Source of the DNA: Acidobacteriota bacterium
Lineage (GTDB): Bacteria > Acidobacteriota > UBA890 > WLXD01
Length of the DNA: 64,000 nt
Assembly (NCBI GenBank): GCA_963666055.2
Contig: CAXWPH010000015.1
Coordinates: 2,165,120-2,229,119, forward strand
Reading direction: 5' to 3'
Shown in pieces: positions 28,207 to 37,877 of this stretch. Numbering within the stretch: position 1 is the stretch's first letter; each line of letters starts with the position of its first letter. A program made the position numbers and the translations under genes. Under the pieces are notes generated by a model that was not told where the DNA came from, made no database searches, and saw nothing but the letters and a program-made list of their open reading frames with translations.

Positions 28207-30069
28207 GTGGACCGGATGACCGCCGATCGGGCCAGGCGCGAACACGAAAACAACCTGCGGCGTCTGCTGCTGTTCCACGTCGTCACGGCGACGGCGCTAT
28301 TGCTCCCGGCGCTGTACTCGCAGTTCCTGGTCGGCACCCAGCGCTCCCTTGCTCCCGTACACGCGAGCATCGCCGTGATCTATGGCGTTTGCTTGCTGTA
28401 CGTCTTGGCGCAGTGGGCCGGTATGTCGGCGCGCTGCCTGTTGTCGCTGCAGTTGACGGTCGATGTCGCACTGGTGACCTTGCTGGTACATGTGACCGGT
28501 GGAGCCCGCTCGCCGCTGGTGCTTCTGTATCTGGTCCTCGCCATCGGCGCGGGGGTGATGAGTGGACGCCAGACGGCGTTGGCGATCGCCTGTTTGACGG
28601 CGGTCAGCTATGGGCTGCTCGTCCATCTCCGGGCCGTGGGTTGGCTGCCGGCCCGCGAGCTTGGGCTCGGGCAGGCGGGACCACCGGTAACGCCGCCCGA
28701 GATGTATCTCAGGATCCTGATGTTGTTGTTCGCGGCGTGCATAATCGTCGCTTTGGCGAGCTCCTACACGGAGCGGCTACGGGGAGCGCGCGCGGCGCTG
28801 CGCAAGGAGCGCTCGGAACTCGAGGCTCTGCAGCAAGTCAACCACCAGCTCTTGGCAGGGATGAGCAGCGGCCTGATCGCGGCGGACCCCGAGGGTAGGG
28901 TGATCGCATGCAACCGCGCCGCCGAACGCGTTACCGAGCGGTCTGAACGGGAGTTGATCGGTCTGCGTGCCGCGCAAGTCCTGGGTCTCGGAGACGATGT
29001 CATGAGTGACCTCGACCTGCGTCTCAACGAGCGGCAGATCTACCGCACCGAGCGCCAGATCCAGGTGCCGTCCGGGGAGTATCGCACCATCGGGATGAGC
29101 ATCACTCGGGTGGTCGAGCCCGCCGGCGCGGTGGACGAGGGTCCGGGGCCGAACGAGACAGAGGTCTCCACATACTTTCCCGCCGGCCCCTGGGCGATCG
29201 AGTCCGATGGCCCGATGGCGGGCGGCTACATCTTCATGTTCCAGGATCTCTCTGATATCAAGCGCATGGAGCGAATGTTCTGGATGCGTGAGCGCATGGC
29301 GGTGCTCGGTGAGATGGCGGGATCGCTGGCACACGAGATTCGCAACCCCCTGGCCTCGATCTCGGGGTCGCTCCAGGTGCTGCGTGCAGGCAGTGTGGGC
29401 ACCGATACGCCCCGGGCCAAGCGCCTGATGGACATCGTTACCAAGGAGTCCGAGCGGCTCTCGAAGATCATCGAGGACTTCCTCGATTACGCCCGCCCCG
29501 AGACTCTCGAGGCGGCTAACACTAACCTGGTGGCGCTGGCACGCGACACGGTTGATCTGCTGGAGAACTCGCCGGAAGTGGGGCACTGCCACTCATTGAC
29601 GGTAGATTCGGACGCCCCGCAGGTGTACGCCTTGGTCGACCCCGAAAGGGTGAAGCAAGTGTTCTGGAACCTGGCACGCAACGCTATTCAAGCGATGCCG
29701 GACGGGGGGCACCTGCGGGTGCTCATTCGACGTCGCCGCGGGGGCGCCACGGTAGTGTTCGAGGACGAGGGCATAGGAATGGCCGCGGATCGCATCGATC
29801 GCATCTTTCGCCCGTTCGTGTCCGAGAAGCAGGCCGACTCCGTGGAGACCGGCACGGGCCTCGGCCTGGCGATGGTGTATCGCATCATGGAACAGCACGG
29901 GGCCCGCATCGAGGTTGAGTCGGAGCCCGGGAAGGGCTCACGGTTCGTACTGATATTCGAAGACGAGGCGGCATTCGCCAGCGAGCCAACGGTCGTGGTG
30001 GCAGATCGGTCCGAGCGCGAGACACGACTGTTCGGCGAGTTGAGCCGAGCGGTGCGTTCCGACGGATGA
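28207..30069 (+). CDS. pilS: PAS-domain sensor histidine kinase PilS
   Basis: Multiple TM helices with TGG..SP, PAS domain, LAHEIRNPL, QVFWNL..NA, D.G.G, GTGLGL; pilC-pilS-pilR-pilA synteny. Confidence 0.88.
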   Translation: MDRMTADRARREHENNLRRLLLFHVVTATALLLPALYSQFLVGTQRSLAPVHASIAVIYGVCLLYVLAQWAGMSARCLLSLQLTVDVALVTLLVHVTGGARSPLVLLYLVLAIGAGVMSGRQTALAIACLTAVSYGLLVHLRAVGWLPARELGLGQAGPPVTPPEMYLRILMLLFAACIIVALASSYTERLRGARAALRKERSELEALQQVNHQLLAGMSSGLIAADPEGRVIACNRAAERVTERSERELIGLRAAQVLGLGDDVMSDLDLRLNERQIYRTERQIQVPSGEYRTIGMSITRVVEPAGAVDEGPGPNETEVSTYFPAGPWAIESDGPMAGGYIFMFQDLSDIKRMERMFWMRERMAVLGEMAGSLAHEIRNPLASISGSLQVLRAGSVGTDTPRAKRLMDIVTKESERLSKIIEDFLDYARPETLEAANTNLVALARDTVDLLENSPEVGHCHSLTVDSDAPQVYALVDPERVKQVFWNLARNAIQAMPDGGHLRVLIRRRRGGATVVFEDEGIGMAADRIDRIFRPFVSEKQADSVETGTGLGLAMVYRIMEQHGARIEVESEPGKGSRFVLIFEDEAAFASEPTVVVADRSERETRLFGELSRAVRSDG

Positions 30070-30221
30070 AGGCGCTTGGTGCTGAGTCGCAACGCAGGCC
30101 GCCTTCCGTATTGGCCAGTCCTGCGACCGTCTACGTATATGTTGATGGGGCTTGTCGGAACCTGGGCTACAGCCACGGGATCTGAGCGCCCCCGTCCATC
30201 ATTCTCCGGAGGACCGTTGAA

Positions 30222-31638
30222 TTGGACCGGGTGCTGATTGTCGACGACGAATCGAGCATGCGCGAGATGCTCTCGATCGCCTTGGACGATGAAGGCTGGG
30301 AGGTGCAGGCGGCGCGGGACGGCGAGGAAGCTCTCGCCATGTTGGGCAAGCAACCTGTTGATGTGGTGATCTCGGATATCCGCATGCCGGGTGTCGATGG
30401 TGTGGAGCTGCTGCGCCAGGTGCGGAAGCAGTCGCCGAATACCGAGGTCATCTTGATCACCGCGCATGCGAGCACTGATTCGGCCGTCGAGGCTGTTCGA
30501 CTGGGTGCCTATGACTACGTGACCAAGCCCTTCGATGTCGAGGAGCTCAAGGTTACGCGTCGACACGCGCTCGAGCAGCAAGCGCTGCAGCGCGAAAATG
30601 TCATGTTGCGCGGCGAGCTCAGCGCGCGGCACGGATTCGGAAACCTGGTCGGCGATTCCACCGCGATGCACCGGGTCTTCGATCTCATCCGGCGCGTGAA
30701 GGATTCGACTTCCACGGTTCTGATTACCGGCGAGAGTGGCACCGGCAAGGAGTTGGTGGCGCGCGCAATCCACTACAACGGCGAGCGCAGCGCAGCGCCG
30801 TTCGTCGCCGTGAACTGTGCGGCGTTGCCGGGGCAGCTCTTGGAGAGCGAGTTGTTTGGCCACGTGAAGGGAGCGTTTACTGGCGCCGACCGGAACAAAG
30901 AGGGGCTATTCGAGGCCGCGGATGGCGGCACGATCCTGCTCGACGAGATCGGCGATATGCCGCTCGAGATGCAGCCGAAGCTTCTGCGCGTCCTGGAAGA
31001 CCACATGGTCCGGCAGGTGGGATCAACGCGCGACACGTCGGTTGATGTCCGGGTTCTTGCGGCGACAAACCAAGATCTTCGTGCCGCGTTCGCCGACGGC
31101 CGGTTTCGGGAGGATCTGTACTACCGGCTGAACGTGATCCAGATCGATCTGCCGCCGCTGCGCCAGCGTCCCGACGACATATTGCTGCTGGCCGACCACT
31201 ACTTCGAACAGCTTGCGTCGGAGATCGGGCGACAGATGAATGGGATGACGCCTGAGGCGAGGCAAGCGCTGCGTGAGTACAGCTGGCCGGGCAACGTACG
31301 AGAGTTGGTGAACGCCGTGCGCCACGCGATGACCATGGAGCCGACCGAGAGGATTCAGTTGTCGAGCTTGCCGCCAACGGTCGCGGGCGTCAGCAAGGTG
31401 GAGGTGGACCACCGTTCTCGAATCGCAGCCGGACGACTCCACCGTGACCCATGGCATTCCGGGGGAGGGAATAGACCTGGAGGCTCACCTCGATCAGATC
31501 AAGCGCGATTACATGCGAACGGCGCTCAGTCAGAGCGACGGTGTGCGGACTCGTGCCGCGAAGCTCCTGGGAATGTCGTTTCGCTCGTTCCGGTACTACG
31601 CCAAGAAGTTCGCCCTCGACGAGCCGACGCTCAAGTGA
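30222..31638 (+). CDS. pilR: Sigma54-dependent response regulator PilR; net +1 frameshift near 31400-31410 separates the HTH
   Basis: Receiver domain, GESGTGKE, ESELFGH..GAFTGA, WPGNVREL; Fis HTH (RAAKLLGMSFRSFRY) lies in the +1 frame ending at 31638. Confidence 0.88.
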
Positions 31639-31653
31639 CACGAATCGTCACTT
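31633..31653. promoter_or_regulatory. Palindrome, candidate PilR enhancer site
   Basis: AAGTGAC-N7-GTCACTT about 230 bp upstream of the sigma54 promoter. Confidence 0.45.
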
Positions 31654-31793
31654 TGGGGTGCCAATTTTCGACATCTCGACATTATCTGCCACAATATTGC
31701 TGCAAAAATCTTTATAAATCGGTATTTACTCTATAAACATAGAAAAGAATATCATTAGCTATTAAAGGTCATTCTAAGTTATAAATACATTGA

Positions 31794-31806
31794 AATCAAC
31801 AACTTA
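31794..31806 (+). promoter_or_regulatory. IHF-binding site
   Basis: AATCAAcaacTTA matches WATCAANNNNTTR, in an AT-rich tract between enhancer and promoter. Confidence 0.7.
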
Positions 31807-31878
31807 TGACATGCGCATAACTATATTTTACAATATTATAACATGTTTTCACACTGAATTAAGACTTTCGATAAGTTA

Positions 31879-31894
31879 TGGCATGTTCGTTGCT
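31879..31894 (+). promoter_or_regulatory. Sigma54 -24/-12 promoter of pilA
   Basis: TGGCAT-N5-TTGCT with exact GG-N10-GC spacing. Confidence 0.85.
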
Positions 31895-31991
31895 TAATCA
31901 TCGACCACAGATGATTGGCAGGGTTTGCTGGGGTTGGCGGATGTCGACCTTTGGGGCCCGCAACGGGGTCGCCGCCCCAGGGAGGAACACC

Positions 31992-32420
31992 ATGAACTTC
32001 AAACGCAACGAAAGCGGCTTTTCGCTGATCGAGTTGCTGATCGTTGTCGCGATCATCGGCATCATCGCGACGATCGCCGTTCCGCAGTTGCTCGACGCGA
32101 TCGACCGCGGCCGCCAGCGCCGCACGATGGCCGACATGCGCAACCTCGCTACCGCCAACGGGACCTATCGTGTGGACCAGAGCGTGTATGCCTCGGCGCT
32201 TGCTGACCTGCAACCCACCTATATGCAGGTTGTGCCGGCGAACGACGCTTGGGCGAACGCTTTCCAGTACAGCACGTCGAGCGGTTCGTACACCCTCGAG
32301 TCGTATGCTTCCGACGGCGCAAACGGCCCGTCTCCGCCGACCCCGTGGATCAACGATCTCTACGATATCGACCTGGAGCTCACCAACGGCCAGTTCACTC
32401 AGGCCCCGACCGGTCAATAA
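31992..32420 (+). CDS. pilA: Major type IV pilin (GspG-like globular domain)
   Basis: SD GGAGG; G|FSLIELLIVVAIIGIIATIAVP; has its own sigma54 promoter and terminator. Confidence 0.88.
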   Translation: MNFKRNESGFSLIELLIVVAIIGIIATIAVPQLLDAIDRGRQRRTMADMRNLATANGTYRVDQSVYASALADLQPTYMQVVPANDAWANAFQYSTSSGSYTLESYASDGANGPSPPTPWINDLYDIDLELTNGQFTQAPTGQ

Positions 32421-32445
32421 TCGCTGACCAAGTTAGGCGCAGGCC

Positions 32446-32490
32446 AACCGGGCCCCTCGTCGGATCGCCGTCGGGGGCTCGGTTTTTTTT
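32446..32490 (+). terminator. Rho-independent terminator
   Basis: GC-rich hairpin followed by T8. Confidence 0.85.
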
Positions 32491-32611
32491 CTGTTGGTTG
32501 ATAGTCTTTAGGTGGGCGAAGGTGGCTGCGGGTCACGGGGCGGTACTACGGGTGTGTTCGCAGCGCCACGGCTAGCGGCGTGCCCCGTGCTGACGTAATG
32601 GGGTGATTTCA

Positions 32612-33665
32612 ATGCCGATCCTTCGGTTCGACGGTGTGGCCAAGTCACTGCCATATGGGTTCTGGTTGCGCCACAAGCCCGTGCTTCACGACGTTTCCTT
32701 GAGTGTGGAGCCCGGCGAGATCTACGGTTTCCTGGGGCCAAACGGCGCTGGAAAGACCACTTCCATGAAGTGCTTGCTCGGGCTGCTGACCCCCGATCGG
32801 GGCACCATCGAGATCTTTGGGCGCAACGGGTCCGAGCCCGCGGCGCGCCAGAAGCTCGGATACTTGCCAGAGCAGCCCTACTTTTACCCTCACCTTACCG
32901 GCCGCGAGTTGGTCGACTACTTCGGCCGACTCTTCGGTGTGCCCCGTGCAACACGACTCCAGCGGACGGCGGTGTTGCTCGAGCGGGTGGGCATGGCCGC
33001 CAGCGCCGACCTGCCGATCAAGCAATATTCCAAAGGAATGCTGCAGCGCATCGGCCTGGCGCAGGCGCTGATCAACGACCCCGAGTTGGTCATTCTGGAT
33101 GAGCCGATGTCGGGGCTCGATCCCATTGGGCGGCGGGAGATCAAGGACATCATCCTCGAGCTCAAGGAAAAGGGGACCACCGTCTTCTTCTCCAGCCACA
33201 TCCTCGGCGATGCCGAGGTCTTGTGCGACCGAGTCGGCCTGCTGTTCGAGGGCCGAATCCTCACCGAAAGCTCGGTGCAAGGTCTTCTCGAGGAGCGTGT
33301 CCAGTACTGGGATGCGGCCTGTGAGGGCGTTCCCGACAATGCTCTGAACGGGTTCGTGCACCGTACGCAGCAGGGTGGTTGTCTGCACTTTCGCTTCGAC
33401 GACGTGGCGCAGCTCGATCGCTGGGTCGATGCTGTCCGTGAAGTGGGTGGGCGGATCGTTCAGGTTGCCCCGCACCGCGTCACCCTCGAGGAACATTTTC
33501 GTTGCAACAGTGCGGGGTCGGCAGCCCGCCGCGGCGCTTCACTCTTCGTCGAAACGCCAGCCCCGCTCAGAGCAAACCGGCGCCGACCTGCCGATAGATC
33601 CCGACGCTTGCCAAAACGACATGAACGCTGAGCCGCGACGAGCGGTGGCCGGCGGTGCGCGATGA
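32612..33665 (+). CDS. Pilus-associated ABC transporter ATPase (Myxococcus PilH-like); +1 frameshift in the T4 run at 33496-33499
   Basis: GPNGAGKTT, YSKGMLQR, ILDEP, SSH; corrected frame LEEHFVATVR ends at the ATGA overlap with the permease. Confidence 0.88.
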
Positions 33666-34432
33666 TCGATCGTGTCACGGCCATCGCCGTGAATACGTTC
33701 CGCGAGGCCATTCGCGATCGCATCCTGGTGTTGTTCATGGCCTTCGCGTTGCTGATGATGGCATCGTCGACGATCCTTTCGCTCCTCACGGTGGGCAGCG
33801 AGCTGAAGATCGTCACGGACCTGGGCCTCGCCGCGCTGGCGTTGTTCGGCACCGTCATCGCTATCTTCATCGGCATCATCCTCGTGCACAAAGAAGTAGA
33901 GAAGCGCACCATCTACGCTGTCCTCGCCAAGCCGGTTCCGCGATGGCAGTTCCTGGTCGGGAAGTACTTCGGTCTGATGATGACGCTCGCCGTGGTAGTC
34001 GGGCTGATGGCGCTCTTCTACCTCGCGCTCGTGTGGTGGAAGAGCGGCAGCTTCCCGTCGCACCTACTGCCGGCGGTGATGCTCAGCTACGTGGAGCTAT
34101 CGATCATTACCTCCGTTGCCTTGGTCTTCTCGAGCTTCACCACACCGATGCTGGCGGCGCTGTTTACCGTAGCTGTGTATGTCGTCGGCCACCTCTCATG
34201 GGCTTTCAGCACACTTCTCGATTTCGTTCCGGGTACCGTGGCGCGGATACTGGTCGGTACGCTGTATTACACGCTCCCCGACCTGGAGACGTTCAACGTT
34301 CGTAGCAGGGTGGTTCACGAGCTCCCAGTCAGCGGTGGCTATCTGCTCGACGCTCTCGGTTATGCCGCTGCCTACACCATCGGCATGCTCGTCTTGGCGG
34401 CACTCCTCTTCCGCCGTCGGGATCTGACATGA
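33662..34432 (+). CDS. ABC-2 type permease (PilI-like)
   Basis: NTFREAIRDR, KEVEKRTIY..LAKP, GKYFG; six TM helices. Confidence 0.88.
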   Translation: MIDRVTAIAVNTFREAIRDRILVLFMAFALLMMASSTILSLLTVGSELKIVTDLGLAALALFGTVIAIFIGIILVHKEVEKRTIYAVLAKPVPRWQFLVGKYFGLMMTLAVVVGLMALFYLALVWWKSGSFPSHLLPAVMLSYVELSIITSVALVFSSFTTPMLAALFTVAVYVVGHLSWAFSTLLDFVPGTVARILVGTLYYTLPDLETFNVRSRVVHELPVSGGYLLDALGYAAAYTIGMLVLAALLFRRRDLT

Positions 34433-35301
34433 GCCGGAAGGAATCCTGGCGCACTGTCGGCCTGTGGTTTCTGCTGCTCGTGTGTCTTGGCGGTTGGGTC
34501 ATGCCGCAGGTGTCGATCGATTACCGACGAGCTCGATGGTCGCAGCCCGAGGCGCTGTTGTTACTTCCGACTGGGCAGTATCTCGATGTCGCCAGCCTCG
34601 GTTTCCAGACGGCGCTTGCCGACACCCTTTACCTCTGGAGCATTCAGTACTACGGCCATCATCGGAGCCAGGAGGGCCGACGCCATCTGTGGCGCATCTT
34701 CGATGTGATCACCGACCTCGATCCGCGATACCAGGACGCATACCTCACGGGCGCGTTGATCATGGCGGTCGACATGGGCGACGCTGAGATGGCTATCCGC
34801 CTGCTCGACAAAGGTGCGGAGGAGAATCCCACCGACTGGATCTACCTCATGGAAGCGGGACACTATGCCTGGATCGCTCTCGACGACTATCGCCGCGCCG
34901 CAGACTACTTCGATCGCGCCCTGCAGCTCCCCGGCACCCCGCGGCTGCTGCGTCGCGTCCGTGCCGGTATGGCGGAGCTCTCGGGCGACCGCCAGGCCGC
35001 CCTGGCGCTGTGGGTGGATGTGCATGGTCAAGCGGTGGCCAACGGTGACGAGCAGATAGAAGCGGCTGCATGGCAGCACGTGTACGACCTGAAGATCGAG
35101 CTCGACCTCGAGGACCTGCACGCAGCGATTGAGCGTTTCCGGCGCGACCGCGCAAGGCCCCCGCGAGTTCTCGACGCGCTACGAAGCCAGGGGTACTTGG
35201 TGTCTTTGCCATCGTCGCCTACAGGCGAGCCATATACGTATGACCAGGTGACGGGAACCGTTCGCGATCCGCGAGAGGGCTCGTCGCGCGCCAGCCGCTA
35301 G
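34429..35301 (+). CDS. Membrane-anchored TPR protein (Myxococcus PilG/Geobacter XapA-like)
   Basis: N-terminal TM, AD.LYL..IQYYG, ITDLDP, TPR helices, pseudopilin-like tail. Confidence 0.7.
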   Translation: MSRKESWRTVGLWFLLLVCLGGWVMPQVSIDYRRARWSQPEALLLLPTGQYLDVASLGFQTALADTLYLWSIQYYGHHRSQEGRRHLWRIFDVITDLDPRYQDAYLTGALIMAVDMGDAEMAIRLLDKGAEENPTDWIYLMEAGHYAWIALDDYRRAADYFDRALQLPGTPRLLRRVRAGMAELSGDRQAALALWVDVHGQAVANGDEQIEAAAWQHVYDLKIELDLEDLHAAIERFRRDRARPPRVLDALRSQGYLVSLPSSPTGEPYTYDQVTGTVRDPREGSSRASR

Positions 35302-35335
35302 CATAGCCGCGCGACACTCGGAGAGAGGGTTGGAG

Positions 35336-36118
35336 ATGCGACCAGAGGTTTTCGAGACCGTCGTTGCCTTTACCCTGGGTCTCGCCTTCGGATCGTTCCT
35401 CAACGCGTTCGTGTATCGGGTACCACTCGGCATCGACCTCTCTCGCCGGTCGTTTTGCCCGGAATGCGACGCACCTATCTACTGGTACCAGAACTTGCCG
35501 CTGTTGTCGTATGTTGCTCTGCGCGGCCGGTGCTCGACATGCCGCAAGCCGATCCCATGGCGTTACCCGATGGTCGAGTTGCTCGGGGGCGTCATCCTCG
35601 TCAGCTCAATCTGGTACTGGGGCCTCACTGCCAGCGCCGCCTCGACCGCGTTGTTCGCCTACGTCATGCTGGCACTGGCGTTGATCGATGTGGATCATCG
35701 AATCCTGCCGAACAGGATCACCATTCCGGGCGCCGTGGCCGGTTTCCTGCTGTCATTCTTCGACCCGCGCGTCGCCTGGTACGACTCGTTGATTGGTGCC
35801 TTCGCGGGTGCCGGGCTCCTCTACCTGGTCGCCTTCGTGTACCTGAAGGCGCGCGGCCGTGAGGGTATGGGCATGGGCGACGTCAAGATGATGCTCCTGG
35901 TCGGGGCCTTCCTCGGCTGGCAGGGCGCGCTAATGACGATCTTCATCGGCTCGTTGCTCGGCAGCGTTGTCGGGGCGCTGTTCATCATGTCTTCGCGCAA
36001 GGGCTGGGAGTACGCGCTCCCGTTCGGGACGTTCCTGGCCGCCGCCGCCGTGCTGGTGAGCTACCGGGGCGCCGAGATCTTCGCCTGGTACTGGCGAACC
36101 TTCGGCGTGGCGCCGTAG
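35336..36118 (+). CDS. pilD: Prepilin peptidase
   Basis: GSFLN, SFCPEC and RGRCSTC, IDVDHRILP, GMGMGDVK, PFGTFL. Confidence 0.95.
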   Translation: MRPEVFETVVAFTLGLAFGSFLNAFVYRVPLGIDLSRRSFCPECDAPIYWYQNLPLLSYVALRGRCSTCRKPIPWRYPMVELLGGVILVSSIWYWGLTASAASTALFAYVMLALALIDVDHRILPNRITIPGAVAGFLLSFFDPRVAWYDSLIGAFAGAGLLYLVAFVYLKARGREGMGMGDVKMMLLVGAFLGWQGALMTIFIGSLLGSVVGALFIMSSRKGWEYALPFGTFLAAAAVLVSYRGAEIFAWYWRTFGVAP

Positions 36119-36393
36119 CAGGCCGTGGTAGAAGTGTGGCGGGCCTGGCGACAGGGTCTTGCGAGGTGGAGGCAAGGAGAGATGAGGAGACGATGGTTAC
36201 GCCATCGTTGACGAGGAACGACGCAGGATACGCGCGCCACCCCCTGTCGCCCGAAGGGTTACGACGATTTGGGGCCATCTGCGGCGTTGGCCTTCCTCGA
36301 CGATGGCTCGGGCATCGCCTGTGTCAGGCCGCCGTGCATCTGGCCCCAACTCGCCGCAACCAGGCCCGCCACACTTCCAGCACGGCCTGCTAG
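36116..36393. mobile_element. MITE copy A (about 277 bp, 33-bp terminal inverted repeats)
   Basis: TAGCAGGCCGTGGTAGAAGTGTGGCGGGCCTGG ... CCAGGCCCGCCACACTTCCAGCACGGCCTGCTA (2 mismatches); homologous copy at 48799. Confidence 0.85.
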
Positions 36394-36682
36394 AGAACAA
36401 GCCTTCCGTCCATCGCTGAGCCGGCACGCCCAGATTGAAGCGTGGCCGCCCCTGGCCAACTGTGTCGCAGGACGACCTGGCGAGGGCGGCGGAAGCCGCA
36501 CCAGACCTGTCGCTGCCGCGCCTGTTTCGCTCCTGACCGGGGACATCCCCACGCGGCCGCGAACGGGCTGCTGGGTCAGGGGATCGCATCCCTAGACTGC
36601 CCCTATCAGGAGCAGATCCGACCACCGGAGATCCGGAGGAGCCGGGCTTCGAGTCGATTCTCCAGGAAGGGCGACGAGCGAG

Positions 36683-37202
36683 GTGTATACGACGAGCAGG
36701 GCGCCGGGGGCGGCGCGACGAACGCGGCTTTTCGTTGATCGAGGTCACCGTGACGATAGCGGTGATCGGGCTCATGGCAATGATCGGCCTGCCGACCATG
36801 CAGGAGTGGCTGGAGCGTTATCGAGTGCGCACAGCGGCACAGGAGGTCGCTGCGGCGATGCAGCTTCAGCGCATGCGTGCAGTTAGCCAGAACACCGACT
36901 TCTCGATCGGCTTCGACGTTGGCGCCGGCACCTATGCGCTTTACCAGGGCGCGCCCGGCTCGGGGACCCTCCTCGATCCACTGCCGCGTGTTCTACCGAT
37001 GGGAGTGGCTTATTCCGGCAACGGCGATCCGGTCGACACGCCCAACGACGAGCTCATATTCCACGCGGACGGCAGCCTCAACGACAGCACCGCGAGTGAC
37101 GACCAGATATCCCTGGGTAACTCACTCGGAGATGTTTTCACCGTCACAGTTAACCGAGCCACCGGCAGAGTACAGGTAGCGCACGAAAGCTACGCCTACT
37201 AG
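36683..37202 (+). CDS. FimT/GspH-like minor pilin; +1 frameshift in the G5 run (36706-36710) in the leader
   Basis: Corrected N-terminus MYTTSRAPGRRDERG|FSLIE; RMRAVSQN, IFHADGS, TGRV. Confidence 0.82.
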
Positions 37203-37215
37203 TGCATTAGGGGGT

Positions 37216-37262
37216 CGTGGAGCCCGACGGCGGCGCACCCTCCTGCCGCCGTCGGGTCCACG
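37216..37262. other. Long GC-rich hairpin after the fimT-like gene
   Basis: CGTGGAgCCCGACGGCGGC-10 nt-GCCGCCGTCGGGTCCACG; no U-tract. Confidence 0.55.
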
Positions 37263-37457
37263 GGCCCACTGTCCCTAGCTTGCTATTTTCCCCTTGGCGC
37301 GCTCCTCCTGCGCGCATCCCTTCGGGCCGACGGGGCGGTGAACCGTTCCCAATCCTCCCTGCCCCTCGCCATCGGTGTGCCGCGTAGGCTAGGTCTCGGC
37401 GACGCGGAATGGTTGTCTGATCGGAAACCTCCATCTGCGCGTCCGTCTCACCCGGGC

Positions 37458-37877
37458 ATGAGTGGGCAGGTTCAGCGAGGCGGGTTCAGCCTGGTCGAGG
37501 TCATGGTCGCCCTCTTGATGCTGGCGATCACCATGTTGGGTATGGTGCGCGTCCTCGGCGCTGCAGTCGACCTGACCGGTGCCGCGGAGAATCATCGCAG
37601 GGCCCTCGACGCCGTTGGCGCTGTGGCGCAGACGGCGGCGCCCGGAATCGACTATCCAGGCGGCCGTCGCCCGGTGTCGTCGCCCGGACTGGATGGACTT
37701 CCGGGCACCGCGGATGACCCGTCACCCTCGGCGCCGGGTTGCCAACGACAGGTCGATGCACTCGCAAGCGCCTCACCACAGTGGCTCTGGGTCCGTGCCT
37801 GGTGTGGGGTGGCGGCGGGCTCCGATGCCGAAGGATCGGGGTCGCCGGCGAGCGCGAGGTTGCTGGTGGCTCGGTGA
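37458..37877 (+). CDS. PilV-like minor pilin
   Basis: G|FSLVEVMVALLML; GLDGLPGTADD loop; Cys pair. Confidence 0.75.
   Translation: MSGQVQRGGFSLVEVMVALLMLAITMLGMVRVLGAAVDLTGAAENHRRALDAVGAVAQTAAPGIDYPGGRRPVSSPGLDGLPGTADDPSPSAPGCQRQVDALASASPQWLWVRAWCGVAAGSDAEGSGSPASARLLVAR

Noticed and set aside
31992-32420. Geobacter-type truncated conductive e-pilin
   Set aside because: Pilin is 142 aa with a full globular head
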